Part shown: piece by piece, positions 47,672 to 57,810 of the stretch
Layout: every line of letters begins with the position of its first letter
Numbering within the stretch: the stretch's first letter is position 1
Assembly (NCBI GenBank): GCA_017991415.1
Contig: JAGOQR010000002.1
Span: 17,026-81,025 of the forward strand
Direction: 5' to 3'
Length of the DNA stretch: 64,000 bases
Source: Candidatus Magasanikiibacteriota bacterium
Lineage (GTDB): Bacteria; Patescibacteriota; Patescibacteriia; Magasanikbacterales; GWA2-37-8
Notes under the pieces: generated by a model
Told to the model about the DNA's origin: nothing
Seen by the model: only the letters and a program-made list of their open reading frames with translations
The model's database searches: none
Translations under genes and position numbers: made by a program

Positions 47672-48835
47672 TTACAATAACGAACTATACACATGAGCTA
47701 ACTTCTTCTTAAAGAGATCTACATCAAATCGTCCTTTTTCTTTTACACAAGCCTCTTTTAAACTACGGTAAAGATTATCATTGTCCAGTGCCAACAGGGC
47801 TTTTTTAAATGCTACCGGGTTTGCGTCAACTACCAAAATACCTGCAGATCCTACAACTTCAGGAATAGCCCCAGAAGTTGTACTAATGATTGGACAGCCT
47901 TGCAAAATAGCGTCTACTAAAGAGTAACCAAACTGCTCTTGCCAGGTCCTCGTTGGCGTACTACCTAAAAGAAAAGAATGGGCATGTTTATATAATTGTT
48001 TTATTTCTTTATTTGAAATACTGCCAATAGATATAACGGTATCAGACAGGCCAAGCTCCAAAACTAATCTGCGAAAATTGAGAGACTCTTTACCATCTCC
48101 AACCACTACTAATTTTCTATTTTGTTGTTTTGTTTCTCTTAGGTACATCTTCCAGGCATACAAAACATCGTAGATGCCTTTTTCCCAAACCATACGACCA
48201 ACAAAAAGACTGAACACGCTATTTTTTAAATTTAGAGTTTCAACGAGCGTACCAGCACCTGCCTCTATAGTAAGCGCTGGATAAACCACTTCTACCTGGT
48301 TTTGTGCAGCGCCCATCTCGTAAGCCAACTCGGCTGAATCGTGAGAATATGCCAAAAATTTATCTACCCCTAAAATAGTTTCTTTAATTATACCATTTAT
48401 TTTTTTTCTCCAATACTGGGGTGGGGAGCTAAAACCTGGCCAATAATTATATTCAAATCTCCCGAATGTATTATCAACAAAATTAGCAACTACTTTAAGT
48501 TTCGGATTATTCTTTTTTGCCCGCACACACTGAAGCGTATAATAGTTATACGCTTCAACACCATGCGCAATATTAAAATCTATAAGTTTTTTTTCTAGCC
48601 CAAACATTCGTTGATATTGACCAAACCCATATTTAAAATAATTTTTTAAAAAAAAATTATCCGCTGTAGCAGGCAACCTTACAACCTCTAGGTTGATATT
48701 ATGCAAAGGGAAAACATTTTTTCTACCACAAAAAGCTGTCGTTTCAAACTGATCTCCTAAACCTTCCCACAAGGCTGCTTCTTGCTCTTTAAGACTATCT
48801 CCGCGAACTAAAGCGATTTTTATTTTTTCTCCCAT
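47672..48835 (-). CDS. GT-B fold glycosyltransferase (family 4-like)
   Basis: C-terminal GT1/GT4 motif FVGRMVWEKGIYDV...E...FGYSLVDA. Confidence 0.55.
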   Translation of the reverse strand: MGEKIKIALVRGDSLKEQEAALWEGLGDQFETTAFCGRKNVFPLHNINLEVVRLPATADNFFLKNYFKYGFGQYQRMFGLEKKLIDFNIAHGVEAYNYYTLQCVRAKKNNPKLKVVANFVDNTFGRFEYNYWPGFSSPPQYWRKKINGIIKETILGVDKFLAYSHDSAELAYEMGAAQNQVEVVYPALTIEAGAGTLVETLNLKNSVFSLFVGRMVWEKGIYDVLYAWKMYLRETKQQNRKLVVVGDGKESLNFRRLVLELGLSDTVISIGSISNKEIKQLYKHAHSFLLGSTPTRTWQEQFGYSLVDAILQGCPIISTTSGAIPEVVGSAGILVVDANPVAFKKALLALDNDNLYRSLKEACVKEKGRFDVDLFKKKLAHVYSSLL

Positions 48836-48847
48836 AATAGATTTTTA

Positions 48848-49837
48848 TTAAAGCTTTTTCATTCGCCCGCTTATTTGCTCCATCATTTTAGTTACTTTAT
48901 ATCCAAAATCAAAACCGGTAAGTGGTGTTTTGCCCATATTTACACATTCAATAAAATGATCGAGCTCGTTTTTTAAAGGCTCTTGAGCAACAACCGAAGC
49001 AATAACTGGCTGATCAGCTGCACCAGGTAAAAATAAAGAGGATTGTTTTTTATCCCAAACTGGATATTTATGTTGGAACGATTTTAATTTATGCTCATCA
49101 CGATCATTAAAAAGTACCATGCCACTATCGCCTACTAGGGTAATTTTCCTAACTTTTTCAGGCCAGTACCAAGAGGTTAATAAATGGACCATGAGACCGC
49201 TTTGAAATGTTACGCTCACCGCCCCAAAATCATCGTTGTTAGTTTTGCCAATTGAACGACGAGCCCCCGCAACGCTCTTTACCTTACCAGGAGAAAATAG
49301 ATATTCTAAAATAGCACAATCATGAATAGCTGCATCCATAAAACTACCTACATCAGCACGAAATGGGCCGCAATACAGGTTTTCACCGAGAACATACTTT
49401 ACTATGCCAAGTTCTTTAATATGATTTTTAAGATATCGAATGTAATCATTATATACATATTGAAAACCAACCATGAAGACTAGTTTTTTATTTTTTTTCA
49501 ATTCTTTTTTAATAGCATGTGTTTCCGCAACACTAATAACCATCGGCTTTTCAACAAAAACATGCTTGCCCGCACGAAGGGCTTTCACAATTACCTGAGC
49601 ATGAGTAGATGGCGGTGTGGCAATTACCACACAATCAATACACACGTCATTAATAATCTCATCTGCATCCAAACTAATTTTTACATTCTCAGGAAGATGA
49701 ATAGCACTTTTTTTAAACACGTCGCCAGATTTATTTGCCACTGCTACCAACTGCACATCTGGATTTTCCTGCAATAAACGAGCATAATGCTTACCAAAAT
49801 GCCCTAACCCTATGATCCCAAATTGCAGGGTTTTCAT
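48848..49837 (-). CDS. Gfo/Idh/MocA-family NAD(P)-dependent oxidoreductase
   Basis: LQFGIIGLGHFGKHYARLL N-terminal Rossmann motif; EKP motif. Confidence 0.6.
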   Translation of the reverse strand: MKTLQFGIIGLGHFGKHYARLLQENPDVQLVAVANKSGDVFKKSAIHLPENVKISLDADEIINDVCIDCVVIATPPSTHAQVIVKALRAGKHVFVEKPMVISVAETHAIKKELKKNKKLVFMVGFQYVYNDYIRYLKNHIKELGIVKYVLGENLYCGPFRADVGSFMDAAIHDCAILEYLFSPGKVKSVAGARRSIGKTNNDDFGAVSVTFQSGLMVHLLTSWYWPEKVRKITLVGDSGMVLFNDRDEHKLKSFQHKYPVWDKKQSSLFLPGAADQPVIASVVAQEPLKNELDHFIECVNMGKTPLTGFDFGYKVTKMMEQISGRMKKL

Positions 49838-49856
49838 ATTTTAAATCAAACTAATT

Positions 49857-52148
49857 TTATGCCAACACACTTTTCATCCACCTATACGAACGACGTAGAC
49901 CATCGTGCAAATTAATGGATGGATGGTAATCAATCATTGATTTTGCTTTGGATAAATCAGGACATCGTCTTGATGGCTCATCTTGCGGATAGGTCTCTGG
50001 GTAGTTCACTAGGCTTATTTCAACTTTTTTATCAGTCACAACTTCTGCCACAACATCTGCCAAACTTTTCATGTTAATTTCTTGATCATCATTACCAATA
50101 TTAAATACTTCTCCATTTTTATCAGAAAGCAATACCTTAAAGAAACCAATCATTGCGTCTGAAACATAACAAAAAGTACGTGTTTGATTGCCTTTATCAT
50201 GTACGGGGAGTGGCATACCAGCGATAGCTTGGCTTAAGAATGTGGGTACTACCCGATAATCTTTAGCGCTCATACCTGGCCCATATACATTAAATGGACG
50301 AACAAATTTTACTGGGGTCTTGTGTGTTTGGTAATAGGCCATGCAAAGTGTTTCACCAAGGCGTTTGGACTCATCGTAGCAAGATCTTGGACCAATTGAA
50401 GAAACATTTCCTTTATATGTTTCAGGAGTAGGGATAAACTTTGGATCCGGATCACCATAAATTTCACTGGAACTAAAATACAAAATACTCTTAACATTTT
50501 TTGCCATGCCTAATTTTAGCATGTTATTTAAGCCTAAGACAGTCCCTTCAATTGTTTCGATTGGAAACTTTTTATAATATACAGGAGATGCAATACCCGC
50601 AGCAGAAACTATATAATCGATCGGTGTATCAATAGTAATTTCATTACAAATATTATGTTCTTTAAACTCAATATGTTCACTATATAAATCTTTAAGAAGA
50701 TTATTCTTTCTACCAACAATATGATTATCCAACGAAAGAATTTTACATGGTTCTTTAAAGTATTTTTTATTAAGCAAATCTATAATGGCTGTAAAATAAC
50801 TGCCAATAAAACCAGACCCACCTGTAATTAACACACGCTTACCTTCAAGAGGCTTGGCAATTTCGGCAATAGCCTTGGTAATAACGTCAAGATCTTCCTC
50901 TACTACACCGTTAACAATATGCGCAAACGGCACGGGAATAATAAAATTAGTAAAATCTGGGCACTGCTTAATGATAGAATCAGCAAAATTCCAGGCCAAA
51001 ATTAATATATAGTCTGGCGGAGTTTCCGCAAGGGCTGTTTTTGCTAATACTGGAATATGTGTTCCTGGTGTATATAAACCTTGCTTCCAAACACTATCAT
51101 CCACGACATAATCAACAATATCTGGCCCAATATTAAAATAGTTTAATAAGGTATTGCCTTTTGCTGGCGCGCCATAAGCAACAATACGTTTTCCTTTAGC
51201 TTTTAAATCTGCGAGCAAATCCAAAAGCCGTGTTTTATTTTCGGTAATTTTCTGTTGGAAATTTAGATGTGTTTCTATATCATGAATTTTTACGGCATCT
51301 TCTTGAGCAATAAATGCATTCACACTTGGCATAACCTGATTTTTTCCACCATTTTTTTGCACAAAAACCCTCAAGGAACCACCGTGAGTATCTGTTCTAT
51401 CAACGTCAAAAACTTCCATACCCAAACGCTTGAATAAGGTGCTTATAGTTTTAACTGTGAAATACGAAAGATGCTCGTGATATATTGTATCGAATAAATT
51501 CTTACCAATTAAATCTACTAAGTAATAGGCTTCAATAATAAATACACCGTCATCAGCAAGTAGTGTTTTTACACCAGCCACCACCTCGTCTAAATCGTCT
51601 ATATGAGGAAACACACTTGTCGCTGTCATGATTGATGCTTTGCCTTTTTCTGCTACTATTTTTTGAGCAACTTCTGAAGTAAAATAAGCGGCCATTGTTT
51701 CAATTCCATTTTTAGTAGCCATAGCTGCAATGTTGGCAGCTGGGTCAACTCCCATTACTTTTACACCAGCTTCTTTATACGGACGTAATAAAATTCCGTC
51801 ATTGCTCCCAATATCGACTACTAATGATTCGTTATTTAGACCAAACCGATTTATCATTTCTCCTGCAAACGTTTTGAAATGAGAAACGAACACGGGAGAA
51901 GTTGAAGACGTATACACATAGTTACCGAATAAAAGATCTGGCGAAACAACATGCCCAAGCTGAACAAAAGAACAGTCTTTGCAAAAAAATAGCTCTAAGG
52001 GAAAACTAGGTTCATCGTTTCCAAGATCCTCTTTTTTTAAAAAAGCATTAGCTGGCGGAGTACTTCCCAGACTTAAAACTTTTTCTAAATTTTTCCCCTT
52101 ACAAACACGACAGATTTCACTTTTTTTGTACAAAGATTCATTGGACAT
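49857..52148 (-). CDS. bifunctional fusion: NDP-sugar C-methyltransferase domain (TylC3-like) + UDP-glucuronate decarboxylase/UXS-like short-chain dehydrogenase domain
   Basis: N-terminal zinc ribbon CRVCKGKNLEKV...LANAFL...FFCKDCSFVQL, SAM-MTase core and C-methyltransferase C-terminal domain (about 410 aa). This is followed by VLITGGSGFIGSY...SSSEIYGDP...YDESKR (about 330 aa). Confidence 0.55.
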   Translation of the reverse strand: MSNESLYKKSEICRVCKGKNLEKVLSLGSTPPANAFLKKEDLGNDEPSFPLELFFCKDCSFVQLGHVVSPDLLFGNYVYTSSTSPVFVSHFKTFAGEMINRFGLNNESLVVDIGSNDGILLRPYKEAGVKVMGVDPAANIAAMATKNGIETMAAYFTSEVAQKIVAEKGKASIMTATSVFPHIDDLDEVVAGVKTLLADDGVFIIEAYYLVDLIGKNLFDTIYHEHLSYFTVKTISTLFKRLGMEVFDVDRTDTHGGSLRVFVQKNGGKNQVMPSVNAFIAQEDAVKIHDIETHLNFQQKITENKTRLLDLLADLKAKGKRIVAYGAPAKGNTLLNYFNIGPDIVDYVVDDSVWKQGLYTPGTHIPVLAKTALAETPPDYILILAWNFADSIIKQCPDFTNFIIPVPFAHIVNGVVEEDLDVITKAIAEIAKPLEGKRVLITGGSGFIGSYFTAIIDLLNKKYFKEPCKILSLDNHIVGRKNNLLKDLYSEHIEFKEHNICNEITIDTPIDYIVSAAGIASPVYYKKFPIETIEGTVLGLNNMLKLGMAKNVKSILYFSSSEIYGDPDPKFIPTPETYKGNVSSIGPRSCYDESKRLGETLCMAYYQTHKTPVKFVRPFNVYGPGMSAKDYRVVPTFLSQAIAGMPLPVHDKGNQTRTFCYVSDAMIGFFKVLLSDKNGEVFNIGNDDQEINMKSLADVVAEVVTDKKVEISLVNYPETYPQDEPSRRCPDLSKAKSMIDYHPSINLHDGLRRSYRWMKSVLA

Positions 52149-52159
52149 ACTTATAAATT

Positions 52160-52555
52160 CTAGATCAAATTAACACGAACGGTATCTTCTTCGTAATTTT
52201 CTTGACTACGAGATTTTAAAGCCATAACAACCCAAACAGAGTCTTCGGTGAATTTCATAGCATGAGCAATCATCGGACCCGAAAAAACCATGTCACCAGC
52301 CTCAAGCATTACTCTTGTTTCTTGGCTCAAATCAGGCTGACCATCTTTAAGAGGCGCTTCGATATATTCCATTTTTCCAGAATACATATATACATAATGA
52401 CCATCTTCTTTATGATAGTGATTAGCGCGCACAGAACCTTTTGTAGAAGTAATTAATAAAATACTCTTAATTGAGGTTTTGCCATCATCTAACAGCTTTG
52501 TAATTGACCCTCGTGCATCAGTAAAATCTGGCTGAATATTTTTTGTAATCTCCAT
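52160..52555 (-). CDS. cupin-fold sugar 3,4-ketoisomerase-like protein (FdtA/WxcM-like)
   Basis: 131 aa. DARGSITKL...VRANHYHK pattern resembling FdtA-type dTDP-4-keto-6-deoxyhexose isomerases. Confidence 0.4.
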   Translation of the reverse strand: MEITKNIQPDFTDARGSITKLLDDGKTSIKSILLITSTKGSVRANHYHKEDGHYVYMYSGKMEYIEAPLKDGQPDLSQETRVMLEAGDMVFSGPMIAHAMKFTEDSVWVVMALKSRSQENYEEDTVRVNLI

Positions 52556-52620
52556 ATTTATGGTAATTTAAGATAAATAAATGACTATAAAATTATATTA
52601 TAAAGCCTAAACAAAGTCAA

Positions 52621-53448
52621 TTACCGATGTTTTAAACTTTTTTGTATCCTCCACACTTCTAAATAAAGGGAGAAATAGTATATATACTGCTGAAAAGCCA
52701 AATTCCAACCCGTATAACTAGCCCACAAACCATTTTTGAGCTGCCCTAAGAAGGTCTTTATAGGATACACCATCAGATGAAATAATGGGTAACGCACTAC
52801 GTGACTTGCATATGCCTTCCATTTATCAGGGGTTGTATTAAAGCATTCATAAGAAACCAACTCGGGGAAAAAATATCGCGCATGAAGAGGTACCCACATA
52901 CCTTTTTTTCTTCTAAAACTTTTCCAAGAGATATTATTGTACGCGGGTCTATGCCTCAAAAAAATACCAAGCTTTTCACTTTTTCCATCGACTTCCCCCA
53001 TAGCATGAGGAATACCTACAAAATGCATTGCAGTTTTATTAAAAAGACAGCCTTTTTGAATACCATTCGCATAAAAAGCATTCGAACCATCCCACATTTC
53101 CCAATTAAAAATATACCGATTCACCCCATTTGTATGTTCTATCTTCTCTCTAATTAAAGAGAAGTCTTTTGCTTCTAGATACTCATCAGCATCAACGAGT
53201 AGTATCCAGTCCCCTATAGCCTGGTTAAAACAAAAAACAAAGTGCAGGGTAGAAATACCAGCATGAGGTCTAACAAAAACTTTATCTGTATATTCCCGAG
53301 CAATATCTAGGGTCTTATCCTTACATTCACCGTCATGCACGACAATTATTTCGTCAACCAAATTCTTAATGCTCTCGAGGCAACGTCTTATTACTTTTTC
53401 TTCGTTAAAAACGATGAGGCACGCTGAGATTTTTTTGTCTTCCGCCAT
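52621..53448 (-). CDS. family 2 glycosyltransferase
   Basis: ISACLIVFNEEKVIRRCLESI...VHDGECKDKT...LVDADE. Confidence 0.55.
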   Translation of the reverse strand: MAEDKKISACLIVFNEEKVIRRCLESIKNLVDEIIVVHDGECKDKTLDIAREYTDKVFVRPHAGISTLHFVFCFNQAIGDWILLVDADEYLEAKDFSLIREKIEHTNGVNRYIFNWEMWDGSNAFYANGIQKGCLFNKTAMHFVGIPHAMGEVDGKSEKLGIFLRHRPAYNNISWKSFRRKKGMWVPLHARYFFPELVSYECFNTTPDKWKAYASHVVRYPLFHLMVYPIKTFLGQLKNGLWASYTGWNLAFQQYIYYFSLYLEVWRIQKSLKHR

Positions 53449-53460
53449 ATGCTTAAATAA

Positions 53461-54192
53461 TTATTTGAGATTTTTCTTTAAAAATTCCTCTACCTCTTTA
53501 TATTTTTCCATATCATCAATACACTTCGTATAATCATCACATTCATAACTATAAAATTTAAGACCGCGTCTGACAATATCGGGCAGAAGTTGTTTGCCGA
53601 TCTCAAAATACGTGTTAGCGGGAACATATCGAAGAATCTCTTTTTTCAAAATAAAGACACCCTTCATTCTATACGCATTGGCATAAGTTGTGGTGTGAGG
53701 TTTGGGATGTATTGCTACATAACCGTTATCAGCAGCGACTTCAGCCACATCCGCATCTTGATAATAGTCGGTTTTTTGCATTTTTTGAATACCAAGAGCA
53801 TCTGAATAGTTTGCAAACTCTTTTTCCATTTTAGAATAATCCATCAAACTAAACATGTCTCCATAAATCACAAAAAAAGTACTATCTAACAAACTTTCAA
53901 AATCTTTTACGCCGCCGGCTGTGCCCAAAGCTTCTTTTTCTTGAAAATAATTTATTTTTACCCCCCACGGCTTACCATCTCCAAAATAATCACGGATAAT
54001 ATCAGGAAGGTGATATAAATTTATAAAAAACTCTGTCACACCATGTTTTTTAAATTGCTCTATATTCCACTCGAGAAGCGGCTTATCAAAAAAAGGAATC
54101 ATTGGCTTTGGCATGGTGTCAGTTAGTGGACGCATGCGAGTGCCCAGACCAGCACATAAAATAACTGCTTGCTTAATCTTAATGCTATCCAT
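53461..54192 (-). CDS. D-glycero-alpha-D-manno-heptose 1-phosphate guanylyltransferase-like nucleotidyltransferase (HddC-like)
   Basis: AVILCAGLGTRMRPLTDTMPKPMIPF G-loop. 243 aa, no LbH domain. Sits next to the gmhA/hddA/gmhB genes. Confidence 0.5.
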   Translation of the reverse strand: MDSIKIKQAVILCAGLGTRMRPLTDTMPKPMIPFFDKPLLEWNIEQFKKHGVTEFFINLYHLPDIIRDYFGDGKPWGVKINYFQEKEALGTAGGVKDFESLLDSTFFVIYGDMFSLMDYSKMEKEFANYSDALGIQKMQKTDYYQDADVAEVAADNGYVAIHPKPHTTTYANAYRMKGVFILKKEILRYVPANTYFEIGKQLLPDIVRRGLKFYSYECDDYTKCIDDMEKYKEVEEFLKKNLK

Positions 54193-54198
54193 ATAATT

Positions 54199-54798
54199 TT
54201 ATCTTTCTATAATTTGCACAGCCTGCCTCAAATCTTTTACTTCGAAATCAGGTTTTATATTTTTATATTTTTTATCTAATCTGGCATGTCCAGGACCAGT
54301 CTTTACTAAAATAGTTTTAAGGCCTGATTTTTTTCCAGCAACTATATCAATCAGAGCATCCCCGACCATAAAACTTTTTTTTATATCAATTTTTAACTGC
54401 TTAGAAGCACGAAGAATCATCCCAGGCGCTGGTTTTCGACAACGACAACGCACGCGATATTTTTTAAGGTTTGCTTTCGGGTGGTGTGGACAAAAATGCA
54501 CAACATCTATACGTGCTCCTTTTTTTTTCAATCTATTAATAAGAGCTGCGTGAATTGCATCGATCTCTTTCTCGTCGACCATCCCACGGGCAACAACTGG
54601 TTGATTTGTTATTACAATTACTAAAAAACCATTCCGGTTTAACTCGCGAATTGCAGATGATACTCCAGGCAAAAGCCGAAGATCTTGTACAGAATGCATT
54701 AAATCAACATGCTGAATAATTGTTCCGTCACGATCAAAAAAAACCGCTTTATTTAAACGAGAATTAACTTTTATAGGTGCAAAACTTTCCTCATTCAT
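54199..54798 (-). CDS. gmhB: D,D-heptose 1,7-bisphosphate phosphatase GmhB (HAD family)
   Basis: FFDRDGTI HAD motif I, and the GmhB-specific zinc-binding CPHHP...CRCRKPAPGM motif. Confidence 0.7.
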   Translation of the reverse strand: MNEESFAPIKVNSRLNKAVFFDRDGTIIQHVDLMHSVQDLRLLPGVSSAIRELNRNGFLVIVITNQPVVARGMVDEKEIDAIHAALINRLKKKGARIDVVHFCPHHPKANLKKYRVRCRCRKPAPGMILRASKQLKIDIKKSFMVGDALIDIVAGKKSGLKTILVKTGPGHARLDKKYKNIKPDFEVKDLRQAVQIIER

Positions 54799-54831
54799 AA
54801 ACGACCCTTATGCTTAACTATACTTCCTAAA

Positions 54832-55422
54832 TTATCCTGCTGAATGATCAAAATAATCTTGAAAATATGTAATAATAAGATGCAGCACAACACAATGCAC
54901 TCCTTCGACTATTCCGTATTCTCCTTTTTCGGTTTTCACTAAAATTTTTGCATCGGATAATTCGTTAAGCTTTCCCCCATCAAAGCCAGAGAGGCCAATT
55001 ACAGGTACCTTACGTGATTTTGCTAACTCAACTGCCTTTATTATATTTATTGAGTTGCCAGAACTCGATATAGCAATTATTACATCTGCATCTTGCAGAT
55101 AATTTTGCAACGGACCAGCAAAGACCATATCATACCCAATATCATTGGCCCAAGCAGTAAGTTCTGACTCTGTAGAAGGCAATCGCACTGCCTGAAAACG
55201 CCGTGAATGTTTTTCTAAATTATGACTAAAAACAGTTTTATTAAAATCACCAACCCAATGAGTCGCCAAAGCCAAAGACCCTCCGTTACCAAAAATATAA
55301 ATACGACCATCACGCTCATAACAGGCCTGCAAAATATTTATTGCTTTAGCAATTTCTTCGTGAGGCAGATTCTCTAAAGAACCTGTAGCTTTATTGGCAA
55401 ATTTTTTTATATATTCAAGCAT
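54832..55422 (-). CDS. gmhA: phosphoheptose isomerase GmhA (SIS domain)
   Basis: IYIFGNGGSLALATHWVGDF and ISSSGNSINI SIS motifs. About 196 aa. Confidence 0.7.
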   Translation of the reverse strand: MLEYIKKFANKATGSLENLPHEEIAKAINILQACYERDGRIYIFGNGGSLALATHWVGDFNKTVFSHNLEKHSRRFQAVRLPSTESELTAWANDIGYDMVFAGPLQNYLQDADVIIAISSSGNSINIIKAVELAKSRKVPVIGLSGFDGGKLNELSDAKILVKTEKGEYGIVEGVHCVVLHLIITYFQDYFDHSAG

Positions 55423-55429
55423 ACTATAT

Positions 55430-56455
55430 TTATACTAGATTTGTGTGAGGAGCATGACCTTCGTTATACAAAATCTCTGCACCAGACTTAGCAAATTTGA
55501 TTGGTATTTCCTGGAAATTCAACATATTATTTTCAGTAGCAATTTTTTTCATTGCTTGTTGTATTGCAGATTTTTTTTCTGGTGAAGATAGAAACATGAC
55601 ACACCCACCGCCACCTGCACCTAATACTTTTCCTCCCCAAGCTCCCGCTTCCATACCTGCCTCATATAATTTATCTATTAAAGGATTGGAAACATTCGAA
55701 GCCAACGACTTCTTTTTTACCCACCCATTATGCAGCATCCAGCCCAATCCTTTAAAATCTCCTGCGAGCAAACGCGCTTCAAACTCCAACACAGAGTCAG
55801 CCATCTCTTTAAGTGTTTCAAATTTTTTGTCGATATTTGTTTTTTGTTCAGTAAGAACACTCGAGGCATTACGAGTAAGGCCAGTAAAAAAAACTGACAA
55901 ACTATTTTCTAAAATGGAACTTTTTTTATAATCTAAAAGTACAGGTCGTACGTCTACAGAATCATCCGCATTAAACTGTATAACATTAAAACCACCAAAC
56001 GAAGATGCAAACTGATCTTGCGGACCAATTGGCTCTCCCAACAATTCTATCTCCAGACGAGCTGCATATTTTGCCGCTTCATACGGATCCAATTTCTTGC
56101 CTAAAAAAGCATGAAGCGCTTTACCAAGTGCTACCGAAAAACTAGAGGAAGAACCTAGCCCAGTTTTAGCAGGCAAATTTGCAAATGAGCTTATTTCAAT
56201 ATTTTTATGGATACCAAGATCAAGCAGCGCGGCTTTGATGCGTGTATGCTGCAACTCTGCAGGATGATCAACAGTCTCTGTGAGAGAATATTTAGCAGAA
56301 ATTTTATCTATAAGGGGTGTGTGATTAACTACCACATAGACATATTTATCTATAGCGGTAGATATAACACGACCTGTATATTTTCGGTAAAAATCTGGTA
56401 AATCAGTCCCCCCACCCACAAAACTCATGCGTAACGGCGCTCTTACTATAATCAT
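55430..56455 (-). CDS. GHMP-family D-glycero-D-manno-heptose 7-phosphate kinase (HddA-like)
   Basis: MIIVRAPLRMSFVGGGTDLPDFY N-terminus and GHMP motif PAKTGLGSSSS. The ATG at 56455 is preferred. Confidence 0.6.
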   Translation of the reverse strand: MIIVRAPLRMSFVGGGTDLPDFYRKYTGRVISTAIDKYVYVVVNHTPLIDKISAKYSLTETVDHPAELQHTRIKAALLDLGIHKNIEISSFANLPAKTGLGSSSSFSVALGKALHAFLGKKLDPYEAAKYAARLEIELLGEPIGPQDQFASSFGGFNVIQFNADDSVDVRPVLLDYKKSSILENSLSVFFTGLTRNASSVLTEQKTNIDKKFETLKEMADSVLEFEARLLAGDFKGLGWMLHNGWVKKKSLASNVSNPLIDKLYEAGMEAGAWGGKVLGAGGGGCVMFLSSPEKKSAIQQAMKKIATENNMLNFQEIPIKFAKSGAEILYNEGHAPHTNLV

Positions 56456-56582
56456 AAGTAACAAATTAACGTGGGTCAAATGGCCCGCTAAAAGTTGAAT
56501 TTAGCGGTATATTACGCTATCCCATATTTTTTTCAAGCCCACCACACTTCTGGCTCGAAAGGATTTGATATAAAAACGAGAT

Positions 56583-57683
56583 CTATTTTATGCCTATTTT
56601 TAATTTTTTTAACGACTGAATATCGGCCCGCTTATCAAAACCCTCTTTTTTATACCAAGCTACATACTCTGCAATAGCATCTTGTGTCGTATATTGAGGA
56701 GCCCAGCCGAACTTTTTAAGTTTAGAGATATCAGAAACTGCATGCCTCGTATCCGTGCGACGATAGCCCCCCACCATTATTTCTGACATTGAACCAGCGA
56801 TACGCTTAACATCTGCTGCAAAATCAATAATAGCATGTTTTTTTCCACCACCAACATTAAATATACTAAAATCAGTTTCATGATTTGTGAGCGCTAAAAC
56901 ATTAGCCCGCACGACATCATGTACATTAACAAAATCTCTCGTGCTTCCACCGTCCTCGTAGACAGTAATGGGCACTCCAGCGATCGCCTGGCTAACAAAA
57001 ATTCTCAGCGCTCCTGAATATATATTTTTTGGCGACTGACGTTCTCCTTGCACTATAGAGTAACGTAAGCAGGTAGTAGGAATATTGTAGGTCTTGCCCA
57101 GCAGTAAAGAAATTTCTTCCAAGGATTTCTTTGATAATCCGTACGAATTGGTTGGCAAAATTATTTGATCTTCTGCAAAAGAAACTGGTGTAGCCGCAGA
57201 ACCACAGGCACAGACAATATTCCAATGAGAGTTATCAAGTTGCTCCTGGGAACGTAATGGGGCATAAAAAAACTTCTTTTCGCGATTACAGATATACTGA
57301 CCATCACCGTACACAAACTGAGAGCTAGCCAAAACAACTTTTTTTATTGGCAATTTTTTCTCCACAATACATTCATACAAAAACGATGTGGAAACAGAGT
57401 TGGTTTGAAAAAAAGTACTAAAATCCAAACGCTGATCTTGATAAGCGGCTAAATGCAATACGGCAGATACACCCTTGAGAGCCTTTAACCAATCTTGTTT
57501 TTTTCGCACATCGCCACGCACCAAATCATACCCTTTTTTAGCAAGATACTTAGGCCATTTTCCAGCATGAACTTCTTTCTGTAGATTATCTAAAATACGA
57601 ATTTTCCAACCCTGCGCAGCCAACTCGTCGGCTGTATGAGACCCAATAAATCCAGCACCGCCAGTAATAAGAATAGTTTTCAT
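56583..57683 (-). CDS. NAD-dependent epimerase/dehydratase family protein (candidate GDP-heptose-modifying enzyme)
   Basis: ILITGGAGFIGSH Rossmann motif. The ATG at 57683 is preferred. Lies adjacent to the heptose genes. Confidence 0.45.
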   Translation of the reverse strand: MKTILITGGAGFIGSHTADELAAQGWKIRILDNLQKEVHAGKWPKYLAKKGYDLVRGDVRKKQDWLKALKGVSAVLHLAAYQDQRLDFSTFFQTNSVSTSFLYECIVEKKLPIKKVVLASSQFVYGDGQYICNREKKFFYAPLRSQEQLDNSHWNIVCACGSAATPVSFAEDQIILPTNSYGLSKKSLEEISLLLGKTYNIPTTCLRYSIVQGERQSPKNIYSGALRIFVSQAIAGVPITVYEDGGSTRDFVNVHDVVRANVLALTNHETDFSIFNVGGGKKHAIIDFAADVKRIAGSMSEIMVGGYRRTDTRHAVSDISKLKKFGWAPQYTTQDAIAEYVAWYKKEGFDKRADIQSLKKLKIGIK

Positions 57684-57810
57684 ACATCTATATTTAGAAG
57701 CATAATAAAAATAACTTACCATGCTTAAACATAAAAATCAATGCATGTAAATTAAATTGACCCACTGCTTTATCAAAGCAATGGGCCGAAGTCGAATTTT
57801 TCTATTACTC

